DNA of 64,000 nt from the NCBI GenBank assembly GCA_964016885.1, contig OZ024748.1:46500001-46564000 (forward strand), written 5' to 3'. Source of the stretch: Eledone cirrhosa. Its lineage: Eukaryota. The position numbers and the translations under genes are program-made. Under the pieces are notes generated by a model. It made no database searches. It had not been told where the DNA came from and saw only the letters and a list, made by a program, of their open reading frames with translations. Below, piece after piece: positions 27,075 to 40,739 of the stretch (its first letter is position 1; the number at the start of each line of letters is the position of its first letter).

Positions 27075-27650
27075 TATATGAAAAATATGGGGAGAAGAAT
27101 ACTGCATGGTTGCACATGGATAACATGTTATAAAATGAGTCCCTCATCAGTGATTTGCCAACGATCATTGGTATTTCATCGCATTAAAAATCATATACCT
27201 CACGTTGGTGCGAAAATAACTAAAATAAGTTATTAGGACAATTGAAACGCGTAAAGCGAGTGAGACAAGTAAAGAACACAGGGGAAAGCTAACCGAAGAT
27301 GGAAAGAAACACAAGCGACATGGTTATTCTAGCAGCATAAGCTGTGTGAATATATGAGCGAGTAAGAAACAGACCTTCCGCTAGTGAATCCGATGTTAGA
27401 AAGAAGGAAAATGGTTTTCGTAGCGAACGGGAGGAAGTAAGAAGGGGAGAAACAGAGAGTGAGTGAGTGGAAGTGCGAGGAAGAGGTCAGTAGAGAGAAA
27501 GTGTTAACTGACAGGACAGAGGGGACGAAAGAAAGTAAGAACAGAGAGAACGAGGGAGCAGTAGAGAGAAAGAGAGAAACACAGAATCTCAGTTTAGGTA
27601 AATATATGAAAAATATGGGGAGAAGAATACTGCATGGTTAACATGTTATA
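27075..27650 (-). mobile_element. About 526-bp unit with terminal direct repeat and rearranged hammerhead (27141-27213)
   Basis: ATATGAAAAATATGGGGAGAAGAATACTGCATGGTT occurs at both ends; TA-flanked. Confidence 0.8.
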
Positions 27651-28019
27651 TATATATATATATGATGGTGCTGTTAAGGTGTGTATTTATAAATGATAGA
27701 TCTTCCGTCTGTGATCGACGATTTTAAATGGATAGCTTATTGGCGGTACTGGTGATATTAAGGCATATATAGATGACGGATCCTCTGTCTATATTTGACA
27801 GTGAGAGTTCAGCTGCAATATTTTAGACCTGGCATGGACAACCTTTTTCGAGCAGTGGGCCGCAGACGATGTGGCTCTTCATGAGTTGCGTCGAAAAAGA
27901 TATTTCAGACGTGACCATCTCCACTTTCTGTTTAATATATTGGATATTACAGTGTCTGGGACGTGTGTGTGTGTGTGTGTGCGTGTGTGTGTGTACGTAC
28001 GTGCATGTGTATATATATG

Positions 28020-28105
28020 AATGCATGAGGTTGTGAGTTCGATTCCTTCCTGGATCGGGCGATGTGTTACGTCCTTAAACAAGACACTTCATTACACGTT
28101 GCTCC
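28020..28105 (+). mobile_element. SINE family B fragment
   Basis: GTTGTGAGTTCGATTCC B box and AACAAGACACTTCATTACACGTTGCTCC core. Confidence 0.7.
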
Positions 28106-28659
28106 TTCTACCTAGATTTGCGACCGGTGGAGAGTATTAGCAATTGGAAGCCCGAATGGAAACATTGTTTCTTCGGTCCGATTTGACGAAAGTCGATCGA
28201 CTGTCGATATCACAAACCCTCCATCTCAATTCTACTTTTGAAAAGCATAAGGACTGTGAAACCGGTAAAGGAAACAAATAAATATTCAAAACAACGAACA
28301 GCGGAGGACGCGTTTCGCACCTTTCCGACAGACAACCTTTCCCCCACCCCGGAAAAAACCCCAGTTGATGGATGTGAATCCGAAATATATAGGGACAATT
28401 AAATCTCTCCCAAGGTAACTCTCTCTCGTGTTGTTATTTTAATTTTATCCTTTATGCTCTTTCCTTCATTCCTCTACACGTTACAGTCTTATACACGCCA
28501 CGCATCTCAATGTACACCCACTTACATTTCTCTCTCCACCACCGGATCTTGTTACCCGGATATTTACCCATTTGCATTGTCGAGGCTTCAAAACGACTTA
28601 AATAAATTTAAATAAATATTCTTTAAAAGACTCCAGTTGCATTTTCGATTTCTTTTCCT

Positions 28660-28856
28660 TATAAGTTTATCCCGAGTTGAATCGGGGCTAACCACAGTAA
28701 GTAAGGTACTCAATACGAATCAGAGTATAAATATTTAATGTAGAAAGGCTTCTACAGGACTAGAACTGTTTAATTCCGCCGGAGAAATCATCAAGAAACC
28801 CTGATGATTGCTCCGGAATGAAACAGTTCTAGTCCTGTAGAAGCCTTTCTACATTA
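28660..28856. mobile_element. Fold-back repeat with truncated hammerhead core (28801-28835)
   Basis: Inverted arms; CUGAUGA-UUGCUCCGGAAU-GAAA; related fragments at 3380-3500 and 31380-31570. Confidence 0.65.
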
Positions 28857-29364
28857 TATATATATATCATCTTGATGATTTCTTCTTAGTGAAACATTTG
28901 AATGAAGCATCAGTGCTCTACTACCGTAGTACGATCTATGTACACAAGGAATACACCAGTTTTAAGCTAGTAAGACCATCATTCAGTGGAGTACTTGATA
29001 CGTGGGAAGTAAGGTGTAAATATACTTATATTTCTCACTCTATTTCTCAAGTATTGAGTTCTCTACCAAGTAATGATCTAACTAGTTTAAAAACAGTGTA
29101 TCCCTTCCTTCTCTCTTCTCTCTCTGCCTGTATATATATAACAAACAATATGCAGAGAAAGAAAGAGTATCTTGTATAAAGCTATAGTAAAAAAATCGCA
29201 TTCACATAGACATGAAAATGAGGACATCTAAGATATTTTTCTGTAAAACCACTAAGGGAGGTAACAACGAGAAAACATTAAATGGAGTTATTTCCCCAGA
29301 AAAAAGTATTTTCTATATATTCCTCTAGCTTAAGGAAGCTGAATATGGTGTACAATGAATGACC

Positions 29365-29366
<2 letters not shown>

Positions 29367-29411
<45 letters not shown>

Positions 29412-29532
29412 GGTGGTAGTAGTGGTAGTGGTTGTAGTAGTGGTAGTGGTGGTAGTGGTAGTAATAGTACTAGTAGTAGTAGTGGTGGTAGTGGTAGTAG
29501 TAGTGGTAGAAGTAGTAGTGGTGGTAGTGGTG

Positions 29533-29595
<63 letters not shown>

Positions 29596-29767
29596 CTAGT
29601 AGTGTAGTGGTAGTGGTAGTGGTAGTATTGGTAGTGGTAGTAGTAGTGGTAGTAGTAGTAGTGGTGGTAGTGGTGGTAGTAGTAGTGGCAGTGGCAGTGG
29701 TAGTAGTAGTAGTGGTAGTAGTGGTAGTAGTTATAGCCGCAGTAGTAATAGTAGTAGTAGTAGTCTC

Positions 29768-29834
<67 letters not shown>

Positions 29835-29881
29835 ATCGCAGTATTATTATTATTAGTAGTAGTAGCAGCAGTAGTAGCCGC

Positions 29882-29958
<77 letters not shown>

Positions 29959-29962
29959 CCGC

Positions 29963-30030
<68 letters not shown>

Positions 30031-30034
30031 CCGC

Positions 30035-30093
<59 letters not shown>

Positions 30094-30097
30094 CCGC

Positions 30098-30183
<86 letters not shown>

Positions 30184-30187
30184 CCGC

Positions 30188-30226
<39 letters not shown>

Positions 30227-30247
30227 CGCAGTATTATTATTAGTAGT
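29367..30247. repeat. (TAG/TGG)n compound trinucleotide array with GCCGCA interruptions
   Basis: Direct reading. Confidence 0.97.
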
Positions 30248-30429
30248 GGCGGAATATTTTAGTAGAAATGAAACCAACATTATATGCTGTGTTTGCTGTT
30301 CTGTTACATAAATTGGGGAAAAAAAGTTTTTTTCTAGAATTGACGAAGAGTTTAGAATAATAAAATACAGGCCAGCGGCAAAACATCTAATTTCATAGAC
30401 TCACACACACATACATATAGACATGTGTC

Positions 30430-30727
30430 TTCAAACTTGATATTCGAGATAAATTATATATATATATTTAAATGGAATAGATATTACAATACAACGAGAG
30501 GAAACATAATAGTACAACTGATGATGCCATAGCTGTGTGATGAATGAACTTTGATAGACTATACATATATTTATCTGTTGGCCAATCAATGATAAACATT
30601 GCTTGCCAGATAATTTAACTATAGGGATATTTAAATATACAGAAGCGAAAAGCAATCCAAACCAAACAGTAAGTGTATTTTATTATTATTTCTGGTAATA
30701 TTGTAACAATATGACCCTCCCAAATAT

Positions 30728-30735
<8 letters not shown>
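30430..30735 (+). mobile_element. PLE pLTR remnant related to 980-1300
   Basis: Ends ATATGACCCTCCCAAATATAACAA(TA)n; decayed CUGAUGA at 30519. Confidence 0.65.
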
Positions 30736-30798
<63 letters not shown>

Positions 30799-30891
30799 CA
30801 ATATCGGAGAAAGCTTTTTAGCGATACTCCGGCCACTAACCAATACTATTACCAATTTTTACTTATTCCTAATTAAACTATTTTTCACTGG

Positions 30892-30974
<83 letters not shown>

Positions 30975-30978
<4 letters not shown>

Positions 30979-31380
30979 TAAACGGAAAAGAAAATGCTGA
31001 CAAATTGTTCCCAGTGATATATAGTTTAATTAGGAATAAGTAAAAATTAGTAATAGTATTGGTTAGTATTCAGTTTTGGTTTTAAGTTTTACCGGTTGCG
31101 CATTTCTAATGCTTTTTCAAAAATAATTTTGAGGTAGAGCGCCCGTGATGTTTGCTCTAATCTGATTAGTTTTGGAAATTCTACCTGTTTTATGTGAAAA
31201 AAGTGGCTCCAGATGTATTAAAATAAGTTTCGCGCCAATTCGTGTTGCAAAAAAATTCTTGTGGTCAAAACAATTTTGATTGGTCGGTAGAGGTCATGTG
31301 AATGTTAAAAATTGATTTTGCGCCAAATGTAGGTTTGTGTCGGCTGATTGAGAAGTCACTGAAAAATAAGTCTTTCAAAA
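30975..31380 (-). mobile_element. TA-flanked repeat (family of 4875-5076)
   Basis: Reverse-complement match; short inverse piece at 30835-30895. Confidence 0.7.
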
Positions 31381-31392
31381 GGACTTCTACAG

Positions 31393-31468
<76 letters not shown>

Positions 31469-31730
31469 CTGTAGAAGCCATTTCTTTATTAAATATTTAT
31501 ATTCTGTTATGTTTTGGGTATCTTACCTACTGTGGTTACCCCGATTGAACTCGGGATAAACTTATATATATAGGCGAAGAGTAACCTGGAAAGTAGGGCA
31601 TACAGTCCACTCGCGATGGAGGAAAGTGGGGCTGTGCAGCCTTACCCCCCACCCCCCACCCCAATTCCCTCTAAATGACCATCCCGGTCAAAGCCGCATT
31701 TAGTATTATCTAGTGTTTGTGTGTGTGTGT

Positions 31731-31770
<40 letters not shown>

Positions 31771-31773
<3 letters not shown>

Positions 31774-31924
31774 CTTTTTATGTGTCTACGATTTAGCAAG
31801 CAGCCAACATTCTGCTTGCTTCAACCAACGCTGTCGTGTGTATGTGTGTGTGTGTGTGTGTTATTTTTTTATGTGTCTACGATTTAGCAAGCAGCCGAAA
31901 TTCTGCTTGCTTCAACCGACGCTG

Positions 31925-31984
<60 letters not shown>

Positions 31985-32050
31985 TGTATGTGTCTACGAT
32001 TTAGCAAGCAGCCAAAATTCTGCTTGCTTCAACCGACGCTGTCGTGTGTT
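31771..32050. repeat. Three about 67-bp hairpin-containing units separated by (GT)n
   Basis: AGCAAGCAG-N8-CTGCTTGCT in each unit. Confidence 0.9.
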
Positions 32051-32102
32051 TGTGTGTATAACGCATGCACTGCATGCGTTGCATGCACGCACTCTTCGGC
32101 CT

Positions 32103-32144
<42 letters not shown>

Positions 32145-32161
32145 GTGTGTGTATGTATATA

Positions 32162-32382
32162 TACAAGAGTCGGCTGAAAAGTTCATACACTGACTATTAA
32201 GGAGTGGTGCCAGAGCTGTGAAATCTTGCATGCGTTAATTTCAAACCTTCTTGATAATAACTGCATTGTTTCATCCCAGGGACTTTGTTAAAAAATAAAC
32301 CTCATTTGGTCATTCCATGAGAGAGATTTTTAAGGCGATGGGAGGAGTGTGTTAATACACTTGTAGGTTCTGTCAGCCACTG
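32162..32382 (+). mobile_element. Mariner-like MITE
   Basis: TA-CAAGAGTCGGCTGAAAAGTTCAT end resembles mariner TIRs; inverse copy at 32913-33312. Confidence 0.55.
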
Positions 32383-32390
32383 TGTGTGTG

Positions 32391-32454
<64 letters not shown>

Positions 32455-32912
32455 AGTGAGTTTACCCACGTACATACATTGATACACACACACTTAAACA
32501 TAAAGTGATATAGTAGATTTCTGAATGTTGTGTCTGCTATGCGTGTGTATATATATATGTGCTATCGTTTGTCTATACGTTTATGTGACTGTGTGCACGA
32601 GTTTGGGTGACAATACAAGAACATAATAACCATTCCGCTAACGGTTTTATGACATATCAATTACGTGACCAACTCTACAGAAGAATGAGGAGGACAGCAG
32701 ATTGCCAATAGATGGAAATATTCCACACCATTTTCACATTGTTTCTAATCAACTCACAACAGAAGTCTGCCTAAAAATTCTATAGAAAATTCTTTATAAA
32801 TAATACTATTACTATTTCTAATTTTTTAGTTCTTTGACCAATAAGGAAATCGATTCTATGAGCTGATTTGGCACATTGAACGAATAGAAAATTCCCTGGA
32901 ATATATATTTAT

Positions 32913-33312
32913 ATACGAGCGATGGCTGAAAATTCATATGCTGACAAAGATACTCTCATGAAATGACCAAATGAGGTTTATATATCTACTTAGTTCATCG
33001 CAAAGAAATAATACAGTTATTAACAAAAAGGGTTGAAATTAATTATTTCTACATTTGGCACAAGGCCAGTAACTTTCCCAGTGTATTTCTGGTACTTTAT
33101 TTTATCGACCCCGTAAGGATGAAAGGCAAAGTTAACCTCGGCGGGATTTGAACTCAGATCATAAAGGGGCGTAACTCTATGCTTAAAAGCATGGCGTTTG
33201 ACTCTCTACCGATATTGCAAATCCAGTGTTGAAATTAATGCATGCAAGACTTCACAACTCTAGCATCAAGCCTTCATAGTTACCCTAACACCTTTTCAGC
33301 CGACGCTTCTAT
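32913..33312 (-). mobile_element. Mariner-like MITE interrupted by a family A SINE (33044-33227)
   Basis: Ends TACGAGCGATGGCTGAAAA ... TTTTCAGCCGACGCTTCTA; SINE flanked by 12-bp TSD GTTGAAATTAAT (33032-33043, 33228-33239). Confidence 0.7.
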
Positions 33313-33751
33313 ATATATTTCTGTGTGTTTGTACTGCGGAACAAGTAGGACAGAACCAGTTAAAGACTATGAGACCATTACTCAACTGAGTACTCAATAC
33401 TTGGATGAAGTAGAGTATGGGTTGCCGTTTCAACATCTTGTTCCGAAGCTTTATTGTATAGATAAATATATATTATAAAGAAGAGAAACGTTATTATGTG
33501 TACATTCTCTGATTATCATATATCAGTAATCTACTGGGTTATTGCCGGCCTTGTGCCAAAAGTAGAAACAATTATATATCTAATAAATAGAGGATGTAGA
33601 GTTATAACACTCTCCCTTATTTATAATATTAAAACTCCGCTTGATTCCTTTTCGATAATATTCTAATGAATACAAATCGTAGAGAGCTTTACATGTTTAC
33701 AAAAAAATCGGTGGATTATCTGATCAAATAATTTTCCTAAATAGAATAATA

Positions 33752-33789
<38 letters not shown>

Positions 33790-33800
33790 TATATATATAT

Positions 33801-33841
<41 letters not shown>

Positions 33842-34199
33842 AGTATGTATGTATGTATACGTACATGGTGGCTGCCAACTCGTTTTCGAGTATGGCCACT
33901 ACTTTATATCCATGTAGGAGAACCCCTGCTGATGCGCTGAACGAGTGTCACTTTTTAGTCCAGCCAGCGACTTGATCACTCTGGTACAAACACTACACTT
34001 GCGACAATTATTGACACATAGTGCTGGTCCCATGGTACCATGTGACGACAAGTGCAGAGAGATCTCCAGATATAAAGCAATGCCTGTGCCGTGAAGCTTT
34101 TATAGTGAGCAAAGGCACTGCACAGAGCCAGTCCCACTCTCTTAACCAAGATGATATTTATCAACAAGAAGAACAAATCAACATCATTGGATACCATCA

Positions 34200-34425
34200 G
34201 GGTTGCAGGTGTTATATCAGAGTTTTCCTTCTCCTAGAATTCTGCCTTGACAAAGGCTAAGGGGTCATCTCTCCCGGTGATTTTGGATGGCCATTGACTC
34301 TTAAGAGTTCCTTTGCCCTTTGACAGGCTTTATTTTTAGTCCTGCAGGATGTCCAAAGTCACACTCCTCACCAAGAAATCTTGGTGGGGTTGCCAGTTTA
34401 GTCGCCAACGACCCGACCATGAGAC
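34200..34425 (-). mobile_element. Possible RTE-type LINE 5' UTR remnant
   Basis: Minus-strand CTAGGAGAAGGAAAACTCTG and GGCGACTAAA resemble RTE leader motifs (recalled, not searched). Confidence 0.35.
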
Positions 34426-34519
34426 AGGTTGTACTGTGATACATGTTACCATTAGCACCAACCGGTGACCTGACATACATATATGTATACATATATGACC
34501 TCACATACATATATGTATA

Positions 34520-35238
34520 CCTGACATACATATATGTATACAGACGTACAGTAGTATGTATATATATATACATACATGCATACATATATATATATATGCA
34601 CGTTTCGGTTTACCGAACATTTATTATAATGCTCGGTTTGTTTGTTTGTAATACATACTACTTGTTTGAAATACATACTACTGTACGTCTGTATACATAT
34701 ATGTATGTACGTATATATACATACATACTTACATTTAAGTAAGTGCCGTAGTAAGAGTGAGAAATAAAATTTCGTTTCATTCTATTCCATTTATCGTTTT
34801 CGGTGCGCCGAGCTGATTGAACTCACTCGATATTCAAATTAGGCTGATCAGCCGTTAATATGCATAAGGAAAGTATATACATTCAGACGTTCAACCATCT
34901 GGCAGGAAGGTATACGATGCTGACGATAGCTAATATAGCTTGAAACTAGTACATCGTTCCTGTGTCAGTGTTGAACAAAAAGGTGACGTGGTTGCCTAAA
35001 CGCTGTACGGCGTAATCCGGGCTGTTTGTTTGTCTACAAACAAACAAAGCAAGCATTATAATAAATGTTCGGTAAACCGATACGTGCATATATATATATA
35101 TGTGTGTGAATTGTATGTATATATATACATACTACTGTACGTATGTATACATATATGTATGTACGTATACATACATACTTACATTTAAGTAAGTGCCGTA
35201 TTAAGAGTGAGAAATGAAATTTCGTTTCATTCTATTAC

Positions 35239-35243
<5 letters not shown>
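34520..35243 (+). mobile_element. 450-bp-period partial tandem with inverted 5' piece (retrozyme-like)
   Basis: 34731 repeats at 35181; 34595-34650 is the inverse of 35035-35090. Confidence 0.8.
34914..34957 (+). ncRNA. Type I hammerhead
   Basis: ACGAUG-CUGACGA-U-AGCUA/UAGCU-U-GAAA-CUAG-UA^CAUCGU; perfect stem I, palindromic stem III ACUAGU. Confidence 0.85.
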
Positions 35244-35284
<41 letters not shown>

Positions 35285-35311
35285 TATTTGTTTTGCGAGA
35301 CCCTCCCCAAG

Positions 35312-35389
<78 letters not shown>

Positions 35390-35435
35390 TATACATATAT
35401 ATATAATTTATTTGTTTTGCGAGACCCTCCCCAAG

Positions 35436-35497
<62 letters not shown>

Positions 35498-35525
35498 TAT
35501 ACATATATATATATACATATATATT

Positions 35526-35577
<52 letters not shown>

Positions 35578-35590
35578 CATATATATATTT

Positions 35591-37872
35591 TATATTAGAA
35601 AGATCGAGTATCGAAAAATCGGCGCACGAGTTCACGAAAAACGAAATTCGATATGAGCGGCAGAGGGCTCAATAATTCAGATGAATCAGAGCTATAACTA
35701 TCGTTAAAATACCGTCACATATAGAACAAGTCTACAATCAACCATACGATTTAAAATCGATAAAGGAAGATTCGGGCCAAACAGATAAAAAATATCAATA
35801 AAACAATACGTCAATAATTTAAATGAATGTAAAATCATACCCGGACCCACTAGAAAGGTGTTAAATCTAGCTTCATGGGTTTCTGTAAATCCTTAGACTG
35901 TACTCTATCAGCTCACATATAAATATAAAAGCCTACTAGAATAAGTGGAATGGAGTTTACGTTGTCAACGAGTTTTTTCCTGGCGGCAGAGGAGTCAACT
36001 AGCGGTGAAAAACGCACATGGCATTAGACAAGGGAGATGACCCCTATATCCGCGAAAACAATTCGAGTGAATGTGGAAATACACATATCGAATTAGAGTG
36101 CTCAATAGACATGTTAAAATAAAACAAAAGCTATTCATCACTCAATAGAATCGACAAAAAATGAGCAATAAAATTAACTGGTGGATAGCTATGTCCAGAG
36201 CTAAATATATTAGAAAGATCGAGTATCGAAAAATCGGCGCACGAGTTCACGAAAAACGAAATTCGATATGAGCGGCAGAGGGCTCAATAATTCAGATGAA
36301 TCAGAGCTATAACTATCGTTAAAATACCGTCACATATAGAACAAGTCTACAATCAACCATACGATTTAAAATCGATAAAGGAAGATTCGGGCCAAACAGA
36401 TAAAAAATATCAATAAAACAATACGTCAATAATTTAAATGAATGTAAAATCATACCCGGACCCACTAGAAAGGTGTTAAATCTAGCTTCATGGGTTTCTG
36501 TAAATCCTTAGACTGTACTCTATCAGCTCACATATAAATATAAAAGCCTACTAGAATAAGTGGAATGGAGTTTACGTTGTCAACGAGTTTTTTCCTGGCG
36601 GCAAAGGAGTCAACTAGCGGTGAAAAACGCACATGGCATTAGACAAGGGAGATGACCCCTATATCCGCGAAAACAATTCGAGTGAATGTGGAAATACACA
36701 TATCGAATTAGAGTGCTCAATAGACATGTTAAAATAAAACAAAAGCTATTCATCACTCAATAGAATCGACAAAAAATGAGCAATAAAATTAACTGGTGGA
36801 TAGCTATGTCCAGAGCTAAATATATTAGAAAGATCGAGTATCGAAAAATCGGCGCACGAGTTCACGAAAAACGAAATTCGATATGAGCGGCAGAGGGCTC
36901 AATAATTCAGATGAATCAGAGCTATAACTATCGTTAAAATACCGTCACATATAGAACAAGTCTACAATCAACCATACGATTTAAAATCGATAAAGGAAGA
37001 TTCGGGCCAAACAGATAAAAAATATCAATAAAACAATACGTCAATAATTTAAATGAATGTAAAATCATACCCGGACCCACTAGAAAGGTGTTAAATCTAG
37101 CTTCATGGGTTTCTGTAAATCCTTAGACTGTACTCTATCAGCTCACATATAAATATAAAAGCCTACTAGAATAAGTGGAATGGAGTTTACGTTGTCAACG
37201 AGTTTTTTCCTGGCGGCAGAGGAGTCAACTAGCGGTGAAAAACGCACATGGCATTAGACAAGGGAGATGACCCCTATATCCGCGAAAACAATTCGAGTGA
37301 ATGTGGAAATACACATATCGAATTAGAGTGCTCAATAGACATGTTAAAATAAAACAAAAGCTATTCATCACTCAATAGAATCGACAAAAAATGAGCAATA
37401 AAATTAACGGGTGGATAGCTATGTCCAGAGCTAAATATGTTAGAAAGATCGAGTATCGAAAAATCGGCGCACGAGTTCACGAAAAACGAAATTCGATATG
37501 AGCGGCAGAGGGCTCAATAATTCAGATGAATCAGAGCTATAACTATCGTTAAAATACCGTCACATATAGAACAAGTCTACAATCAACCATACGATTTAAA
37601 ATCGATAAAGGAAGATTCGGGCCAAACAGATAAAAAATATCAATAAAACAATACGTCAATAATTTAAATGAATGTAAAATCATACCCGGACCCACTAGAA
37701 AGGTGTTAAATCTAGCTTCATGGGTTTCTGTAAATCCTTAGACTGTACTCTATCAGCTCACATATAAATATAAAAGCCTACTAGAATAAGTGGAATGGAG
37801 TTTACGTTGTCAACGAGTTTTTTCCTGGCGGCAGAGGAGTCAACTAGCGGTGAAAAACGCACATGGCATTAG
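35591..37872 (-). mobile_element. 615-bp tandem array (3.7 copies), one hammerhead per unit
   Basis: Units start at 35591, 36206, 36821 and 37436, nearly identical; TA-flanked; no meaningful ORF. Confidence 0.92.
35839..35973 (-). ncRNA. U3-A8 variant hammerhead with expanded stem II loop (also 36454-36588, 37069-37203, 37684-37818)
   Basis: ACUCG-UUGACAA-C-GUAAAcUCC...GGAUUUAC-A-GAAA-CCCA..CUAGA/UCUAG-UGG-GUC^CGGGU; covaries with 52975-53110. Confidence 0.75.
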
Positions 37873-37873
37873 G

Positions 37874-37965
<92 letters not shown>

Positions 37966-38192
37966 CATATATACATATATATATATACATATATGTATAT
38001 ATATATGTATATATATATATATATATATGTAATTATATATATATATGTATGTATATATATATATGTATATATATATAAATATGTATGTATATATGTATAT
38101 GTATGTATATATGTATGTATGTATGTATGTATATGTATATATATATGTATGTATATGTATATATATGTATGTATATGTATATATATATATGT

Positions 38193-38243
<51 letters not shown>

Positions 38244-38473
38244 CATACAAATGTGTATATATATATACATACATACATATATATCTACATACATACAAAT
38301 GTGTATATATATATAAATGTGTATATATATACAAATGTGTATATATATACAAATGTGTATATATATATAAATGTGTATATATATACAAATGTGTATATAT
38401 ATACAAATGTGTATATATATACAAATGTGTATATATATACAAATGTGTATATATATATATATATACATACATG

Positions 38474-38621
38474 ATTATTTCTGAAGACGGCATATATATG
38501 AGTTGGTATGTATATTTAATTTTGATAGTTTGTATAATTTTGTATAATTTTGTACATAGATCTGTTAAATATACATGCCAATTCTAACACATATATATCC
38601 CAGAAACGATCGTTAAATAAT
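38474..38621 (+). ncRNA. Type I hammerhead with about 115-nt stem II
   Basis: AUUAUUU-CUGAAGA-[long hairpin]-GAAA-CGAUCG-UU^AAAUAAU; stem III palindrome ACGAUCGU. Confidence 0.75.
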
Positions 38622-38847
38622 GAACTTTTTTTGTTTAATATAAGGAACTGTTTCATTGTTTTATTCATTATTTTTTTTATATTTTATCTTGACTCTGTAT
38701 TCCGTTTATCTTTCACCGAAAGTGATTTTTCAGTGCATCTCTTCTTTCCATGATATCCGGATTACATTGAGTTCTTCATACGGATTGGACACTACCGTAA
38801 ACTCTTGGTAGATTTATCTACATATATATACATACATATATATTTAC

Positions 38848-38924
<77 letters not shown>

Positions 38925-38991
38925 TACACACACAATATACTGTGTATTCTCTCGATATACGATTCATTCTCATATATCTCCTACTTTTGAA

Positions 38992-39034
<43 letters not shown>

Positions 39035-39583
39035 ATTCTTGGGGAGGGTCTCGCAAAACAAGCAAATATATATTTATATATGTATAGATAATGTGTAGAT
39101 AATGTGTTTCATGATACAAATGAATGGCGCAACCTAGAGTTTGGTCGATATTTTAGTGATTCTATAAAATTTAACACTTGTGAATTATTCTGAAGCAATA
39201 TGAGACTTATAAGGTTTGATATAATGAAGAATCGTTCTGTTACATGTTGCAACTCGGTTCTGGTATTTTAGGAGAAATCTCTGCTGAAAGAAACGCTAAC
39301 TAATTCTAACACTTCACTTCAATATGTCAACGTTTGTTAGTAGAATGTTTGATGAGTATATCACCCACTGTGTATTGGTGTGTATCCTGAGTTGGTGTGT
39401 GTTGTGTGCGTGTGTGAATATACGTGTGTGTCTGTGTATGCGTATATGTGTGTGTGAGAATACGTCTGCATGTTTGTGCGTCTGATTAAATTGTATTCGT
39501 TTTTACTCACTCCACCCCTCTCTCTCTCTTTTTCATTGTCTCCATATGTATGTATATATGCGCACATAATCATAGACACACAC

Positions 39584-39632
<49 letters not shown>

Positions 39633-39729
39633 GGTACTAAAATACATATGTACGGGTGTATGTTTACATATATATAGGTACATACAGGTACGTGTGTGTG
39701 TGTATGTGTGAGTGTGTATATATACATAC

Positions 39730-39767
<38 letters not shown>

Positions 39768-39874
39768 ATACATATATAGATACATATGTATATATGCACG
39801 TATACATACATGCATATATATTCATTCTGTATCTCCACATTAATCGAGTGCTCCCCATGAATCTCACCACCTCA

Positions 39875-39966
<92 letters not shown>

Positions 39967-40173
39967 TTCAGAAAGATGTGACTATTGACATCTGTACATT
40001 AGTTAATTCAAGACAGTTACGAGAAAAAACACGGGATATTGTTGAAGTACGAGATGTCGTCTGGTAACCTCACTGTCGTTGCTGAAATGAGGGGAAGCAG
40101 ACGACAGCTTTATTTAAATGCTTCAATTGCTCGCACCTAATATGGCCACATGTGATATGTACGCACACACATT

Positions 40174-40288
<115 letters not shown>

Positions 40289-40469
40289 AATATATGGAAA
40301 GTTATATTTAAATTGTTGGGTTAACAACAAGTAAATATTTATAACTGATATAAAAGCACTCAACAAGTATTTGGAGTATATTTATGATATTAAATCCAAA
40401 TCAACTTCCCAAATGCAAGTCGATTGAAAGGTATGTCGTATCTATTTATTTATAAAACTGTTTATATTG

Positions 40470-40535
40470 TATTTTGTCTGAAGAAGGCATAACATATTGT
40501 TAATATGATATCCCTGAAATATATATAATGAAATA
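40470..40535 (+). ncRNA. Type I hammerhead (family of 2929-2994)
   Basis: UAUUUUGU-CUGAAGA...GAAA-UAUAUA-UA-AUGAAAUA. Confidence 0.72.
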
Positions 40536-40598
40536 AATATGGTTTTATAAATATAGTTTCCATTTATTTAATATCATATATATAAATATATATATATA

Positions 40599-40692
<94 letters not shown>

Positions 40693-40739
40693 CATATAAA
40701 AGTTTACATATATATATACATACATATACGTGTTTTGCA

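Noticed and set aside
27823-27870. hAT-MITE-like terminus
   Set aside because: No partner terminal inverted repeat or TSD found.
29330-30311. Mucin-like poly-Thr and poly-Ser/Val ORFs
   Set aside because: Pure (TAG)n microsatellite.
31572-31714. Helitron-like 3' end (short GC hairpin then CTAGT)
   Set aside because: Hairpin imperfect, single copy in window, no matching 5' end.
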